Below, piece by piece: positions 10,583 through 22,100 of a stretch of DNA of 64,000 nucleotides. Every line of letters starts with the position of its first letter. Position 1 is the first letter of the stretch. Source of the DNA: a virus (Duplodnaviria > Caudoviricetes); IMG/VR virus record IMGVR_UViG_3300042890_004365, positions 1 to 64,000 of that record; one strand, 5' to 3'. The notes beneath the pieces were generated by a model, which was given only the letters and a program-made list of their open reading frames with translations, was not told the origin of the DNA and ran no database searches. The translations under genes were made by a program, and so were the position numbers.

Positions 10583-12178
10583 ATGAAAGAGATTAAATCA
10601 GTAAGAGTAAGAAGAAGAGATGTTAAATATGGTACTTTAGACATTAAGGTAACTATATTTGAAGAGAAAAACACATTTAAGGCAGATCAACGAGTAGTCA
10701 TGGGAACTAATAATGATAGACCTATTTGGATGGGAGTATATTATCCAAAAAAAGGTTTATATAAAGATTATACAGATGATCAATTTATAAAAGACTTCAT
10801 AGATATGAATTCTAAAAGTGATGGTGGTGGAAAAACTTATGATATAATACAAGATCCTTGGGAGATTAAAACACCTAAATGGAGGAGTTATGGTTACGAT
10901 CCTTATTACTTAAATAATGGTGCACAAATATTTATAAGTTGGACTGAAGGAAATTTTACTGCAGGTGGTTTAACTTATAGTGATGACTCTGGAAAAGAAA
11001 TAAATGCAAGTGTTTCAATTAGCAAGACAGTTTCTAATATTATTGGTATAGATGAACCATCTATGTTACAATATGGTAAAAATCAAGAAATCGAATATAA
11101 ATCATTTGATAAACCAACACAAGTATATGGTGGTTTATTTGATGATCTTTCTATAATACGAGAGATTATTGACGCTTGGAAAAGAAAAGTTCCTAACTAT
11201 GATGAATTAGCACTTTGTTCACCTGATAACCAAAGTTGTTCTATAATACCTTATAAAAGCCCTTTAAAACCACCTGAACCAGAAGTACCACCTATAGAAA
11301 AAGTTGCAGTCAATGAGCCACCTAAAGAAAAAATGACAGTAGTTTTACCTCCAGATGTAGTAAAGGTTAAAAGTGATATAACATCATTTGTAGTTTATGT
11401 TGGTAAAGTAAAAGAGAAAGCTTTATTAGAAAACCCAAGTGTCGAACAAGATGAGTTTATTTTTGATGATTCCGCAGGACTAGATGAATATACGGAGTCT
11501 GAATTTGAGGGTAATCCAGAAGCATCTGTATTAGAAGAACAAGAATATCCAAGTGAGGAAATTAGACAAGAAACTGAAAAACAGTCAGAAATAATAAATA
11601 GTGCTCCTTATGTACCAGGTAAATATAAATTGGATTTGATTCCAGGTACTCTTCTTGGTAATAACAAAATGCCTGTAAAATGTTGTCAGATAGATGGAAA
11701 ACCAGTAAATGTTAATATAGCTGATGCAGTATTAGATCTTAAAGCAGCTGCCAAAAAAGATGGTATCAATTTGCGTATAAATTCGGGATTTAGACCAGAT
11801 TATGGTCCACGATTAAACACTAAATCAGAGGCAGGAGTAAGTGTTAGTGCAGACTCACAAGAGTATTTATATTCATTGTTTCTAAAAAAAGGTACACCTG
11901 ATACTGCAAAACCAGGAAGATCTAAACATGGAAATGGTATAGCAGTTGACTTTAATACAGGATCTAGAACTGGTGCTATCAATCAACCGTTGGATCCAAA
12001 GACATATAGTTGGATGGTCAAGAATAGTTGGAGATTTGGATTTGTTAGAACTGTTAAATCAGAAGAATGGCATTTTGAATATTGGGGGAAAGTATCAGGT
12101 CCTTATGCAAAATTACCAAAATCTAATAACTTATTCTATGCAGATTTAGGATTAAATAATCTATCTGTAGTTGCATAA
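10583..12178 (+). CDS. Virion-associated protein with C-terminal M15 (VanY-like) peptidoglycan peptidase domain
   Basis: INSGFR, AKPGRSKHGNGIAVD (SxHxxGxAxD) and EEWHFEY motifs. Confidence 0.8.
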   Translation: MKEIKSVRVRRRDVKYGTLDIKVTIFEEKNTFKADQRVVMGTNNDRPIWMGVYYPKKGLYKDYTDDQFIKDFIDMNSKSDGGGKTYDIIQDPWEIKTPKWRSYGYDPYYLNNGAQIFISWTEGNFTAGGLTYSDDSGKEINASVSISKTVSNIIGIDEPSMLQYGKNQEIEYKSFDKPTQVYGGLFDDLSIIREIIDAWKRKVPNYDELALCSPDNQSCSIIPYKSPLKPPEPEVPPIEKVAVNEPPKEKMTVVLPPDVVKVKSDITSFVVYVGKVKEKALLENPSVEQDEFIFDDSAGLDEYTESEFEGNPEASVLEEQEYPSEEIRQETEKQSEIINSAPYVPGKYKLDLIPGTLLGNNKMPVKCCQIDGKPVNVNIADAVLDLKAAAKKDGINLRINSGFRPDYGPRLNTKSEAGVSVSADSQEYLYSLFLKKGTPDTAKPGRSKHGNGIAVDFNTGSRTGAINQPLDPKTYSWMVKNSWRFGFVRTVKSEEWHFEYWGKVSGPYAKLPKSNNLFYADLGLNNLSVVA

Positions 12179-12181
12179 TAA

Positions 12182-12205
12182 AAAAACCTCTTTAAAGAGG
12201 TTTTT
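12182..12205. terminator. Bidirectional intrinsic terminator
   Basis: Palindrome AAAAACCTCTTTAAAGAGGTTTTT between convergent genes. Confidence 0.7.
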
Positions 12206-12209
12206 ATTT

Positions 12210-12476
12210 TTATTGTCCAATAGGTGGCATACCATTATCAGGTGTTGTTGATGCTGTTGCAATAATCATTAGATTATTTAATGCACTCGCATAAGAAGAT
12301 CCAGTTGCATAAATCTTAACTTCTGGCATACTAGCCGCAAAAAATCCGCCAGAATAAGCTTCTCTTTGACTAACTAATAAACTACTACCATCCGATTGTG
12401 TTACATATGTTCCAACTGAACCATTTCTATACATTGGTACGTAAGAAATAGTAACTAAGTATTTTGGATTTATCAT
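12210..12476 (-). CDS. Small hypothetical (possibly structural) protein
   Basis: 88-aa ORF with upstream TAATATATA box and downstream terminator. Confidence 0.6.
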   Translation of the reverse strand: MINPKYLVTISYVPMYRNGSVGTYVTQSDGSSLLVSQREAYSGGFFAASMPEVKIYATGSSYASALNNLMIIATASTTPDNGMPPIGQ

Positions 12477-12517
12477 GATAAAAAATTATTTTCTTTTATA
12501 TATTAAATAATAATATA

Positions 12518-14782
12518 CTAAAAATCTGTTTTTATTGTAATATTTTTTACTCCCTCACCAACTTTTAAAGTAGGTAAGTTAAAATTAAATGAATTAGTTT
12601 TACTTAGAGTGGCAGATTTAAGCCCATTCAATTGGTTTTTAAATAGTTGTTGATGTGCCGTAGTTAAACCACTTATTGGAAGTTTATTATACCAACGTTG
12701 TTTTATGTTCATTGTTTTTAATCCTAATAATTCATATAATCTAGAAAATGCACCAGAAGTATCATCAGTAAATCCTTTGAAATCCTTAAATAATGGTTTT
12801 CCATTTGCAGTAAAATTATTATCACCTAACCTGTAGATATTCTCAATTATTTTAACAATTCGTTGATAATCATCAAATGACTTTTGTTCTGCGGTTATAG
12901 CTGGTTTAGTTGGTGGCTTTGGTGGAGTGGCTGCAGTATTTGTAGCAGTTGCATTACCAGTTGTAGCAGTTGTATTACCAGTTGTAGCAGTTGCAGTTGT
13001 ATTACCAGTTGTATTACCAGTTGCAGTTGTATTACCAGTTGTATTAGCAGTTGCAGTATTTGTACCAGTTGTATTAGCAGTTGTATTAGCAGTTGCAGCA
13101 GTTGTTGCATTTGTGGCATTTGTTGCAGCAACTTTTGGAGTTGTTGGTGTATCAGGTGTAGTAGGAACGAAATTATCAAACTCACTTTGTTTACAAAGAG
13201 TATAAGTAAATGTTTCTTTTTTAGCAATAGTAACTTGACTTTCACATAATGTTATAAATTGATCCCACTGTGATACTGTTTTAAATACTTGAGCACCTGT
13301 TGAATAATTAAATACATTTTCAGCAGATCCCATATCACTTGATTTGTGTAATAAAACAACTGATTGTTTTAAATTCACTTGTTCTGACTTGTAATTATAA
13401 ATTTTTGTAGAGTCATTCATATGTAATATAACCTCTGAAATTTTTAAACATTTTTCATTTTTGGGAGGAGTTGCACTAGGATCTGATATATAAGTATCTA
13501 GTTTACATTGATCATTATATTGTCCGAATGCTAATAAACCTGTGCCCTCTGGCAACAACTCAGTTTTTGGAAAATAACCCGGTACTGTTGTTATTTGATA
13601 TTCTAATAACTCCCAATTACCATTTTGATTTTTATAAAATACATTTAATGTATCATCAAATTTATTTGAAATACTACCATCATCCTTTTTAGATGATTGG
13701 AATGCGACAATATTTAATACACCTATTTGATCAAATGTTCGGTAACTTTTAGACTTTAGGAAACTAATCAACCTATCTATTTTTGGATTAGATGTAGTTG
13801 ATGATAGTGGATCGGCAGGTGGGTTAGTATTTATAGGACCTGTTACACCATTTGCCACACTCGCACCAGTTGTCGAAGTAACACCATTAGTACTTGCACT
13901 AGCACCTGGTGCAGTTGTAGGTGCAGTTGCAGGAGTATTTATTGGTGGTTCTACGTGTTTATCATTATACTCTGGTTTAGGACCATCTACTGGTTTGAAA
14001 TTCTCATTAGTCTTTTTAGTTAGATCATTTTCTTTCTTTGTAGAGTTCCAAGCATCTCCAACTTGTGGAGTATCTTCTCTTTTAGTATTTTTAACCGTTG
14101 AAACTTTATTATTATCTACAATATTTACGTGATGTGATAAGAAAACAGGATCTCTTAATTGTTTATATTTCATTAAAACTTGTATCATAGCAGGATTAGT
14201 AACAACTGGTGCTCCTAAATTACCTAAATAAGGACCTCCTTTATTTCCCATTAAATTATCAACAAACTCATCAAACCAATCCATCCAGTGATTTCCTAAA
14301 ATTGCTTGTTGTCCTGCAGTTGCATCTCCAATATTTACGTGTCTATTATTGTCCTTTAGATTAAGGTCAATTGTATTGTCTGTAATATTGATATTATTGA
14401 ACTTATGATCTATTTTTAAACCTTCTTTATCATTTACATATATTTGAGTTTTATGATCAAATATAAGTGACTTCATAGAAACATAATCAGTTGCAGATAA
14501 TGATGTTAGTTTTTTTTCTAAATTTACATTATAGTGATCTGCCGAGATAAACTCTGGTTTGTGTTCATCACCTGAATCAAATACAACTAAAAGTACTTTA
14601 CCTTTCTCAGGTACATTAAATTGATTACCATTAAGATCCTTCCACGGACTTGCCCAGGGTATTGCACTTACTTCAATATCATCAAAAACATCTAGGACTC
14701 TAACCCTAGCACGACCAATTTTTAAAGGATCGTTATTATCTTCAACAACCCCAATATATGTTTTATTTGCTTCTACTTTCAT
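12518..14782 (-). CDS. Baseplate hub/spike protein, T4 gp5-like N-terminal OB fold, with degenerate L,D-transpeptidase-like domain and Thr/Ala-rich linker
   Basis: YIGVVEDNNDPLKIGRARVRV...IPWA...VPEKG is the gp5/VgrG OB-fold pattern. Internal LNIVAF..NKFDD..TTVPG..H-x14-STGA. Confidence 0.75.
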   Translation of the reverse strand: MKVEANKTYIGVVEDNNDPLKIGRARVRVLDVFDDIEVSAIPWASPWKDLNGNQFNVPEKGKVLLVVFDSGDEHKPEFISADHYNVNLEKKLTSLSATDYVSMKSLIFDHKTQIYVNDKEGLKIDHKFNNINITDNTIDLNLKDNNRHVNIGDATAGQQAILGNHWMDWFDEFVDNLMGNKGGPYLGNLGAPVVTNPAMIQVLMKYKQLRDPVFLSHHVNIVDNNKVSTVKNTKREDTPQVGDAWNSTKKENDLTKKTNENFKPVDGPKPEYNDKHVEPPINTPATAPTTAPGASASTNGVTSTTGASVANGVTGPINTNPPADPLSSTTSNPKIDRLISFLKSKSYRTFDQIGVLNIVAFQSSKKDDGSISNKFDDTLNVFYKNQNGNWELLEYQITTVPGYFPKTELLPEGTGLLAFGQYNDQCKLDTYISDPSATPPKNEKCLKISEVILHMNDSTKIYNYKSEQVNLKQSVVLLHKSSDMGSAENVFNYSTGAQVFKTVSQWDQFITLCESQVTIAKKETFTYTLCKQSEFDNFVPTTPDTPTTPKVAATNATNATTAATANTTANTTGTNTATANTTGNTTATGNTTGNTTATATTGNTTATTGNATATNTAATPPKPPTKPAITAEQKSFDDYQRIVKIIENIYRLGDNNFTANGKPLFKDFKGFTDDTSGAFSRLYELLGLKTMNIKQRWYNKLPISGLTTAHQQLFKNQLNGLKSATLSKTNSFNFNLPTLKVGEGVKNITIKTDF
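12930..13130 (-). repeat. Imperfect 12-nt tandem repeats encoding a TTGN/TTAN/TATA linker
   Basis: Repeated (G/C)CAGTTGTATTA units on the + strand. Confidence 0.8.
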
Positions 14783-14792
14783 AACTTATAAA

Positions 14793-17036
14793 TTATCTTC
14801 TAGTTAAACTACTAATACCACCATTTAGTACATTACTAACTGCACCACCTGCAAAGTCTGCCAATTCATTTCTAATATCATAGAAGAATCTATCAGTTAC
14901 ATTTGTCAATGCAATACCCATTGGATCTTGTGGACCTGTATAAATATTCTGTGGTGGGCTAATTCCTTTTCTACCAACAAAATCAATTAAAAGTTTATTT
15001 ATTGTTCTTGATAATAAACTAACTCTACCATTTACTAATGTTGCTAGTTCTTGTTTAGCACTCTTAATAGTTTTATCTTTTAATCTTTCAATAAAATTAC
15101 CAATATTTGTATCTGCTTTTTTGTTGGTTAGTTCTTTAAGAGATGTTGGTATTCCGATTGTTTTACTTTTCTCAGTAAAGTTCTTTACTGCAGATTCTGC
15201 AGTAGTTTTTAATAATGTTTTAGGACTATTTAATAACTCTAATTGTTTACTTTGTTCTTTAACTAATTTACTTAGATCTGCACCAATCGCAGTTTGATCT
15301 TTAGCATACCTTTTAAATTTATCTAAGTCAAATTTATCTTCTTCGTCCTTAGCTTGTAAATCATCTATCTTTTCATCAGTTGTAAATCCTAAAGGATTTT
15401 CCGGTAAATTAACACCAAATCTATTTAATATTGCAGGTGATTTAACTCCATTACTATTAATTGCATTAGTACCGGATGTGAAGAATCTAGGTAAAGAAGT
15501 ATCAGTTGTACTTGACTGTGTCCCACCTCTTTGTAATCTTGCACCCGGGTTACCAATTTTCCAAATAGCACCACCATCATATCCAATATATTTACCAAAA
15601 TTTGCAGATGGCATAAATTTTTCAAACTTGACTGTAGAATATTTATAATCAAACTGAATACCATAAGTCTCATATGTTGCAATAGAAGACATATCAATAT
15701 CAGGATTGTGAGGCATCGTATTAAAAAAGAACTGACATTCTTTTAAAGAGTAAACATATCTAGATAAGTTATCTTTAATAACTTCTAAATCACCATTATC
15801 CATAGCTTTTCTAACTCTATTAAAGTTTCTACACTCAGAAACTATAATATCACAGTTAAATCTTAGTAGGTTTTCGGGAACTAGATTCTTACCATTTGGT
15901 TTAGACCAATATAACAATTTATATAAATGTGCTAAAGTACCCATCGTCAATGAAACATCCTCTGTAAAATCAAGTGTAATAGTATCTGTTCTATACTCAA
16001 CTAGGTATTTTTTCTTATCTGTTGTATTTGATTCTATTAGATCTCCCAATCCACCAATTTTTTTAAGATAGTAACTCATATATGCGGTTTTTCCACCTCT
16101 AAAAAGATCTTTAGAACTATCAGTATTTGCATAACCAGGTTTAGTTTTACTAATTGATACTTGTTCATCATTTATATTTACAGTAGTTTTAGTTCTAAAT
16201 AATTTTACAAATTGTTGTTTAAAATCCTCATAAACGGGAATTTTAGATTTTATCTCATCAACACCACTATATATCTTTAAAAAATCAAGTACCGATCCAT
16301 TTAATAATGGAGAAGATAAATCATCTATTATAATCTCAAATCCAAACATAACAGGATCATTGTTTTCAAAAGGTGTTTGTTGAAATTGTGATAAACGTAA
16401 TTCTGATTTACCATTCTCTGGATTTTCAATCGGATTTAAATTATCAATTATTTGTAAACCATGTTTAAAATAGTCAGTTCTTGTATCATTAAATAATAAG
16501 TAATAATCACGTGTACTATAAGGAGATGACTGCAAATCTTTTGGGTTTTTAGGTAAATCTTTGCTCTCACTAAATCTCTCATCAGTATCTAAAATAGTGG
16601 AATTTGCACCTGGTTTTATCAGTTGTCCCATCCAATCAACATACTCATACTCTCCAACTTTAATTTGATTCACCATATTAGGAGATGAGTATAAATTACT
16701 TTCAGGACTAGAAGGTTGATTATCAACATTTCCACTTGTAGTATATTGATCAGTTGATTTTGGTGTAGTACCATATCTAAAATCTTTACTAGGTCCTATA
16801 AAATATGGTGACAAAAATCCTTTATCTATACTTGCTTGTGGCCAAGGGGTTCCTCTTTTAATAATATTATCAATATTTGATCTTAAATCACCTCCAATTT
16901 TATTAATATCAACTGTTTCAATTTGTCCAGTTTCTCTATTAAAAATAGTATAAGTTCCTGCTTTATACGAGTATTTAGGAGGAGTACCAACAATTGATTC
17001 TGCAGTTGTAGAAGTAGAAAGTTTACTTAGATCCAT
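14793..17036 (-). CDS. Probable baseplate/tail structural protein
   Basis: 747-aa ORF in the baseplate cluster with an upstream ATATATA box; no catalytic motif recognised. Confidence 0.45.
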   Translation of the reverse strand: MDLSKLSTSTTAESIVGTPPKYSYKAGTYTIFNRETGQIETVDINKIGGDLRSNIDNIIKRGTPWPQASIDKGFLSPYFIGPSKDFRYGTTPKSTDQYTTSGNVDNQPSSPESNLYSSPNMVNQIKVGEYEYVDWMGQLIKPGANSTILDTDERFSESKDLPKNPKDLQSSPYSTRDYYLLFNDTRTDYFKHGLQIIDNLNPIENPENGKSELRLSQFQQTPFENNDPVMFGFEIIIDDLSSPLLNGSVLDFLKIYSGVDEIKSKIPVYEDFKQQFVKLFRTKTTVNINDEQVSISKTKPGYANTDSSKDLFRGGKTAYMSYYLKKIGGLGDLIESNTTDKKKYLVEYRTDTITLDFTEDVSLTMGTLAHLYKLLYWSKPNGKNLVPENLLRFNCDIIVSECRNFNRVRKAMDNGDLEVIKDNLSRYVYSLKECQFFFNTMPHNPDIDMSSIATYETYGIQFDYKYSTVKFEKFMPSANFGKYIGYDGGAIWKIGNPGARLQRGGTQSSTTDTSLPRFFTSGTNAINSNGVKSPAILNRFGVNLPENPLGFTTDEKIDDLQAKDEEDKFDLDKFKRYAKDQTAIGADLSKLVKEQSKQLELLNSPKTLLKTTAESAVKNFTEKSKTIGIPTSLKELTNKKADTNIGNFIERLKDKTIKSAKQELATLVNGRVSLLSRTINKLLIDFVGRKGISPPQNIYTGPQDPMGIALTNVTDRFFYDIRNELADFAGGAVSNVLNGGISSLTRR

Positions 17037-17090
17037 TAAGTTAAATTATATTTGTAGTATATATAAATATTTTACTTTTCTATGTATAAT

Positions 17091-19115
17091 TTATGCAAGT
17101 GCTAGTCCAGATTCCTTTGCTCTTCTTCTTACCAAAGCAGCATATACTTTACCACCACCAGTTGTCGGACCACTTGCAATACCCTTCGATATTAGAGAAG
17201 CATTATTATCTAAAACACCTTGTTTAACGGTTTTTGCATAAGATCTAGTTTTTACTGCTTTTGCAGTATAAATATAAGCACCACAATTATATGCCAAACT
17301 TAATACTGCCGCCTTTTGATTTTTATTTAACTTAGACCAAGGACCTGCACCGAATGCACTTATCATAATTTTCTCATATTGATTTTTTATCTGATAAGCT
17401 AAGGTATCAGTAGCTTCTTGTTTTGTAAATGTTGTAGAGGCAGTAACTTCTACAAGATTAGATCCCACTAATTTCTGTGAAGTACCAAAACCTCCTCTAT
17501 AATGATCTATATCCCACTTAGCTTTACTAAGGAATCCTTCCTCGGCTGCGATAAAATTTGCTGCAATCGCATACCAACTATCACCAGGTATATTTACTTT
17601 AATAGGGGTTACTGGATTAGAAGGTTCTTTTGTATCATCTTTACTATCTGGTGGGAGATCAGTTGATCTAGGTAATGCCTGAAGTTCTTCTTGTGTGAAT
17701 CCCTCTACTGCAAATTCATCTTGACCTGCAAATTCATCTTCAACATACTCGCTACCGTAAGTGTCTGTTCCATCATCATATAGTAAAGTCTCATCTTCTT
17801 GACCAATAATAAATAAATTACCAAAGTCAGCATTTGAAAATATATCTAATTGTTCTACATTAAAAGTAAACTCTTGTGTACCTATTGTACTTACTGTTGC
17901 ACCAGGTATTGAACTTTCAGAGGCACCTGTTATAGTACTCGCGGAAGAGCCTTCTATATTACTCGCGGAAGAACCTGTCGTGATATCACCTGGTGGTACT
18001 ACTGGAGGTCCATCTGGTTCTGTATATTTAAGATAAATTGTCAAACCATAAGTACCTTCTATTATATTTTGTAAAGCAATAATTGCATCAGTTGCAAGAT
18101 TATTTTTAGATGAAGTACTTTTACCACCATTAAATGTAATAGTCCCAGTATTATTTGGTACTACTACGTTAGTCTTAGGATTTGTCCATGGATTCGGTAA
18201 TCCATTTAATGTACTATTAGGAATTATATAATTACCTGCTTCAATAAAAACTATTTTACCTTGAATCTTCTTTTCAATATCACTTAATGGATTTATTACA
18301 CTCAGTGTATAATCAGTGTTTACACCAGATTGTGTTCCAGACTGTGTTCCAGAAGTTTGAGATGGGAAAAAACCGTCACCTGCTTCCAAAACTGCTTGAA
18401 AATATTTAGATTGTTCACCAGTACCTAGAGGAAAACCAAAACCACTATTATAATAATTTGGTAAAAATTCTTTAAAAGATTCGTCAAAATTTTCTGAATT
18501 GATTATACTGGAATAATCTTTATATTTTAGGTTTGATACAGATATTTTAGTATTAAATATAGTATAATATAGTGAACGCATGAGTACGTCAAACCAAGCT
18601 TTACCTCCTAAGTTTTTTAGTTTTTTGTATGATTCTAAATTGAGAAAGCCAGAACTTTTAATTTTTAATATATTGTATAAATCCTGGCGTGTTCCAAGAC
18701 CAGTCTCATATTGTTCTGCTAAGTATGACATAGTTGCATAAGTATATCCTTCGGTATATAAAGAAGTTGGAGTTATTAGATTATCATTTACATCAAGTTT
18801 TCTATCGACATATTCTTCTACAATCTCAGGATTTTCCTTATAATTAATATATTTAACACTATAGTTTTTAGGTCCACTTGCAGGATAAGACCAGTCAAAT
18901 AATTGACCCAATGTTGTTACATCAAATCCATCTATTGTGAAGTCCTCGGAAATGCCAAAAACTTTCATTTTAGGCATTTTCAATATAAAAGGATCTGTAA
19001 GTGCAATAGCAGTTTGTCTAGCAGCTAAGTAAGCATCTACATCACTTTGTGCTGTGGCTATCTTTACATCGACTTCAGTATTCCATGCATCAATAAATTC
19101 TTGTATCTTTGACAT
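17091..19115 (-). CDS. Virion-associated protein with C-terminal GH24 (phage lysozyme) domain
   Basis: FIAAEEGF (E-x8-D), LNKNQKAAVLSLAYNCG and LVRRRAKE motifs. Confidence 0.8.
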   Translation of the reverse strand: MSKIQEFIDAWNTEVDVKIATAQSDVDAYLAARQTAIALTDPFILKMPKMKVFGISEDFTIDGFDVTTLGQLFDWSYPASGPKNYSVKYINYKENPEIVEEYVDRKLDVNDNLITPTSLYTEGYTYATMSYLAEQYETGLGTRQDLYNILKIKSSGFLNLESYKKLKNLGGKAWFDVLMRSLYYTIFNTKISVSNLKYKDYSSIINSENFDESFKEFLPNYYNSGFGFPLGTGEQSKYFQAVLEAGDGFFPSQTSGTQSGTQSGVNTDYTLSVINPLSDIEKKIQGKIVFIEAGNYIIPNSTLNGLPNPWTNPKTNVVVPNNTGTITFNGGKSTSSKNNLATDAIIALQNIIEGTYGLTIYLKYTEPDGPPVVPPGDITTGSSASNIEGSSASTITGASESSIPGATVSTIGTQEFTFNVEQLDIFSNADFGNLFIIGQEDETLLYDDGTDTYGSEYVEDEFAGQDEFAVEGFTQEELQALPRSTDLPPDSKDDTKEPSNPVTPIKVNIPGDSWYAIAANFIAAEEGFLSKAKWDIDHYRGGFGTSQKLVGSNLVEVTASTTFTKQEATDTLAYQIKNQYEKIMISAFGAGPWSKLNKNQKAAVLSLAYNCGAYIYTAKAVKTRSYAKTVKQGVLDNNASLISKGIASGPTTGGGKVYAALVRRRAKESGLALA

Positions 19116-19121
19116 TATTCA

Positions 19122-22100
19122 TTAAATATTTTTTATAGTTGCTTTTACTTCTTTACCGTTTTCAGAAACTTCAGTAATTGTCAATTTAAACACTTTACCA
19201 GAATTATTCTGAACAAGGAATATTTGACCAACTTTATAAACACTATTTGGTGGTACTGCAGTTGATAATATAGGTTGTGTTTGACCCGGTACTACTGGGT
19301 TTTCATTATTCTGTGTATTTGTTTCTGCTTTAGCAGGTGTAGAGTTTGCATCCTTTTTCAATTCTTCATCTGTCTTACTAAGTTCTTTTCTAACCGCAGT
19401 AACTTTTTGAGTTAGATTACCTTGTGTCCAAGTATATGATATATCAATAATAACCCACTCACCTGTTAAACGTTTCTGAGAAATTTCATCATTATTAACA
19501 GAAGTTTTTATATTTATAAAGTTTAACTGTATCTTCATAAATTTATATAAATTGAAATTTGCATTAGGAAGTTCTAAATCAACAGAAATTCTAGCCATAT
19601 TATCAAAATTTACTTTATTTTGTGTTTCTGAATAGTAGTATTGTTTGTGTACATTATCGGTATCCATTTTACCAGAGTATCTTGTACGATAGTTATCTTT
19701 TTGATCATCAGATGGAGCACCTTTTAATATAATACTTTTTGATCCATCTGATGTCTGTGAGTCAACATCAAATACTAAAAATTGTTTTTTTATACTATCA
19801 TAAACTTTCGATACGGTAAATTGACCACTATTAAGAGAAGTTTGTGTTGAATTATTATTTACTCTATACTTATTGAAAAAGAATACACTACTATTTTGAC
19901 TTAAATCGTTACTTAGTTGTAATTGAGAAACCTTTTCACTTTCTTCTTTTTTATTTAAGTGATTTAAACCTCTTGAATCTATACCAACATCTTTAGATAT
20001 ATCTCTAATCCATTCTTTTTCAATATCTACATAATTAAAACAATAATAGAAGTCAATGTAGCCAATTAAAAATGTTTTATCCGAAATATATGAGTGTGAA
20101 ATAATATCGTTAATAAATGTTCTAAATAATTTACCATTATTTACCCAGGTCATACTATCAGAAGTATTTGTAATATTAGAATTAAATCCTATTCCCAACT
20201 CCTTACACATTTTTTGTAATGTCTCAAATGAAGTTCCTTTATAACTCTGAAATCTTATTTTATAAAAATCTTGAAGGTCTAGTGTACCAACTATTGTATA
20301 AGTTTTACTTTTATTTTCTTGGAAATTCTTTAATTTAAACTTTAGATGTATTGATTTTATATTCTTTGAACCAGAATTTAAAAATATTTCAAATTTACTA
20401 TCATCAAGTGGAAATCCATCTTTTTTCATAACTCCCATTGAGTCAATAAAAACAATAGATACCATAGGTACTAGATCTTCATAATATAAATTCAGTGAGT
20501 TTATATATCGTTGATCTATCTGAACACCAGAATACCAGAAAAATGGAGTAAATCCAAGAGCACCTGCTACTTCTACATTATCTCTATTATTTTGCAAAGC
20601 ATCAAATTCAATCGGTTTTAGTTTAATTGTTGGTTTATCTATTTGTGCAATTATTGGTCGGGTTCCTTGTACATCTTTTGATTCTTGTTCACCACCTCTT
20701 GACTTATCTTGAGCAATAACATCATCTTCTGGTAAAACTTTTATTGTTACCTCAGATGTTTCTATAAGATTTGAATCTGGTATTACCAAAATAACGTAAT
20801 CTCCAGGTGCATCAAATTGAATACCTGCAAAATTTACAATACCATCTTTAACTGTTTGTTCTACCTCACCTATTAGTTCACCAGGACCACTTTTCTTTTG
20901 TAGCTTAATCTTTATACCAGTAGCATCAAAAGTACTTTGAGTGAAACCTGATTGAGTTGAACTTAGAGGTGACGAGGATTGAGTACCAGATTGAGTACCA
21001 GATTGAGTACCAGATTCAGGTCCTGAAACAGGAGTAGGAGCATCAGGATTTTTTGTATATTGTAACTTTATTTCTACTCCGTAGTAATAATCTATCATAC
21101 TTTGTAGACTTGCAATTGACTGGTCTGCCAATACTGTTTCATAAGTATCTGGATAAGATGATATACTTAAATTTGCAGTTGTATAGGTCAACCCGGAAGC
21201 ATTGACCCCAACTTCGGCACCTTCTGGTGAAAAAAAAGAAGTTACTTCTGTGCCAGTTCTTGGGTTAGTAAATGGGTGTGGTAAGCCAATCAATCTAGAC
21301 TTGGCACTAACTTGTGGACCTAAAGTTTTGAATGAAATTGAACCTTCGATTTTTCTATCATTATCACTTTTAGGATCTTTTACGGTGATTTTATAGTCAC
21401 CTATCTCAAGAGCTGATTGTGTCGCAGCTTGTGGTGCAACAGGTGTCACAGATTGCGTTCCTGATTGTGTTCCTGATTGTGTTCCTGATTGTGTTCCTGA
21501 TTGTGTAGCCGATACTGGTGGAGGTAGCTTATAGTTATCACCAGCTTCTATAAAAGCCTCATAAAGAATTGGAAGTGTAGTAATCCAACTTGTTGAAACA
21601 TCTGCAATATCACCATAATTATATTTGAATTCTGAAATAAGTTGACTATAATCATCAGAAAATTCATCAGAATTTTTATAATCTAATGTTGATGTTTTTT
21701 CATCTTTTAAAAATTTAAGTGCAGATGACATGAATGCATCAAACCATTTTTGAGCACCATATTTTCTAAGATTATTAATAAATTTTACTTGATTTGAAGC
21801 ACCATATGTTTTTTTAAGAATTTCTTCCAGTGGTTTTGCACCAGTATCTTGATCCCTAAGCTCTGCAATAACATCACCGAGGCTAGTAGGATTATTTCCA
21901 TCAGGAAACCATCTTTCACCACCTTCTGGATTATGATAGATATACTTAAATAGATCTCCAACTGTACTTATAGCGGGATCTCTACGATAAACACCATCAC
22001 TATCTGGTTCTTTCTTATAAGGCCAATCACAAATTTTACCATAGGTTATTGCAATAGCAGACGCTCTTGCAGTTTTATATTCAGCTACTTTACCAGTATA

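Noticed and set aside
9412-13249. Alternative-frame and antisense ORFs (9412, 9768, 11800, 11946, 12884, 12895, 12927)
   Set aside because: Shadows of low-complexity or codon-biased real genes, with no promoter boxes or protein motifs.
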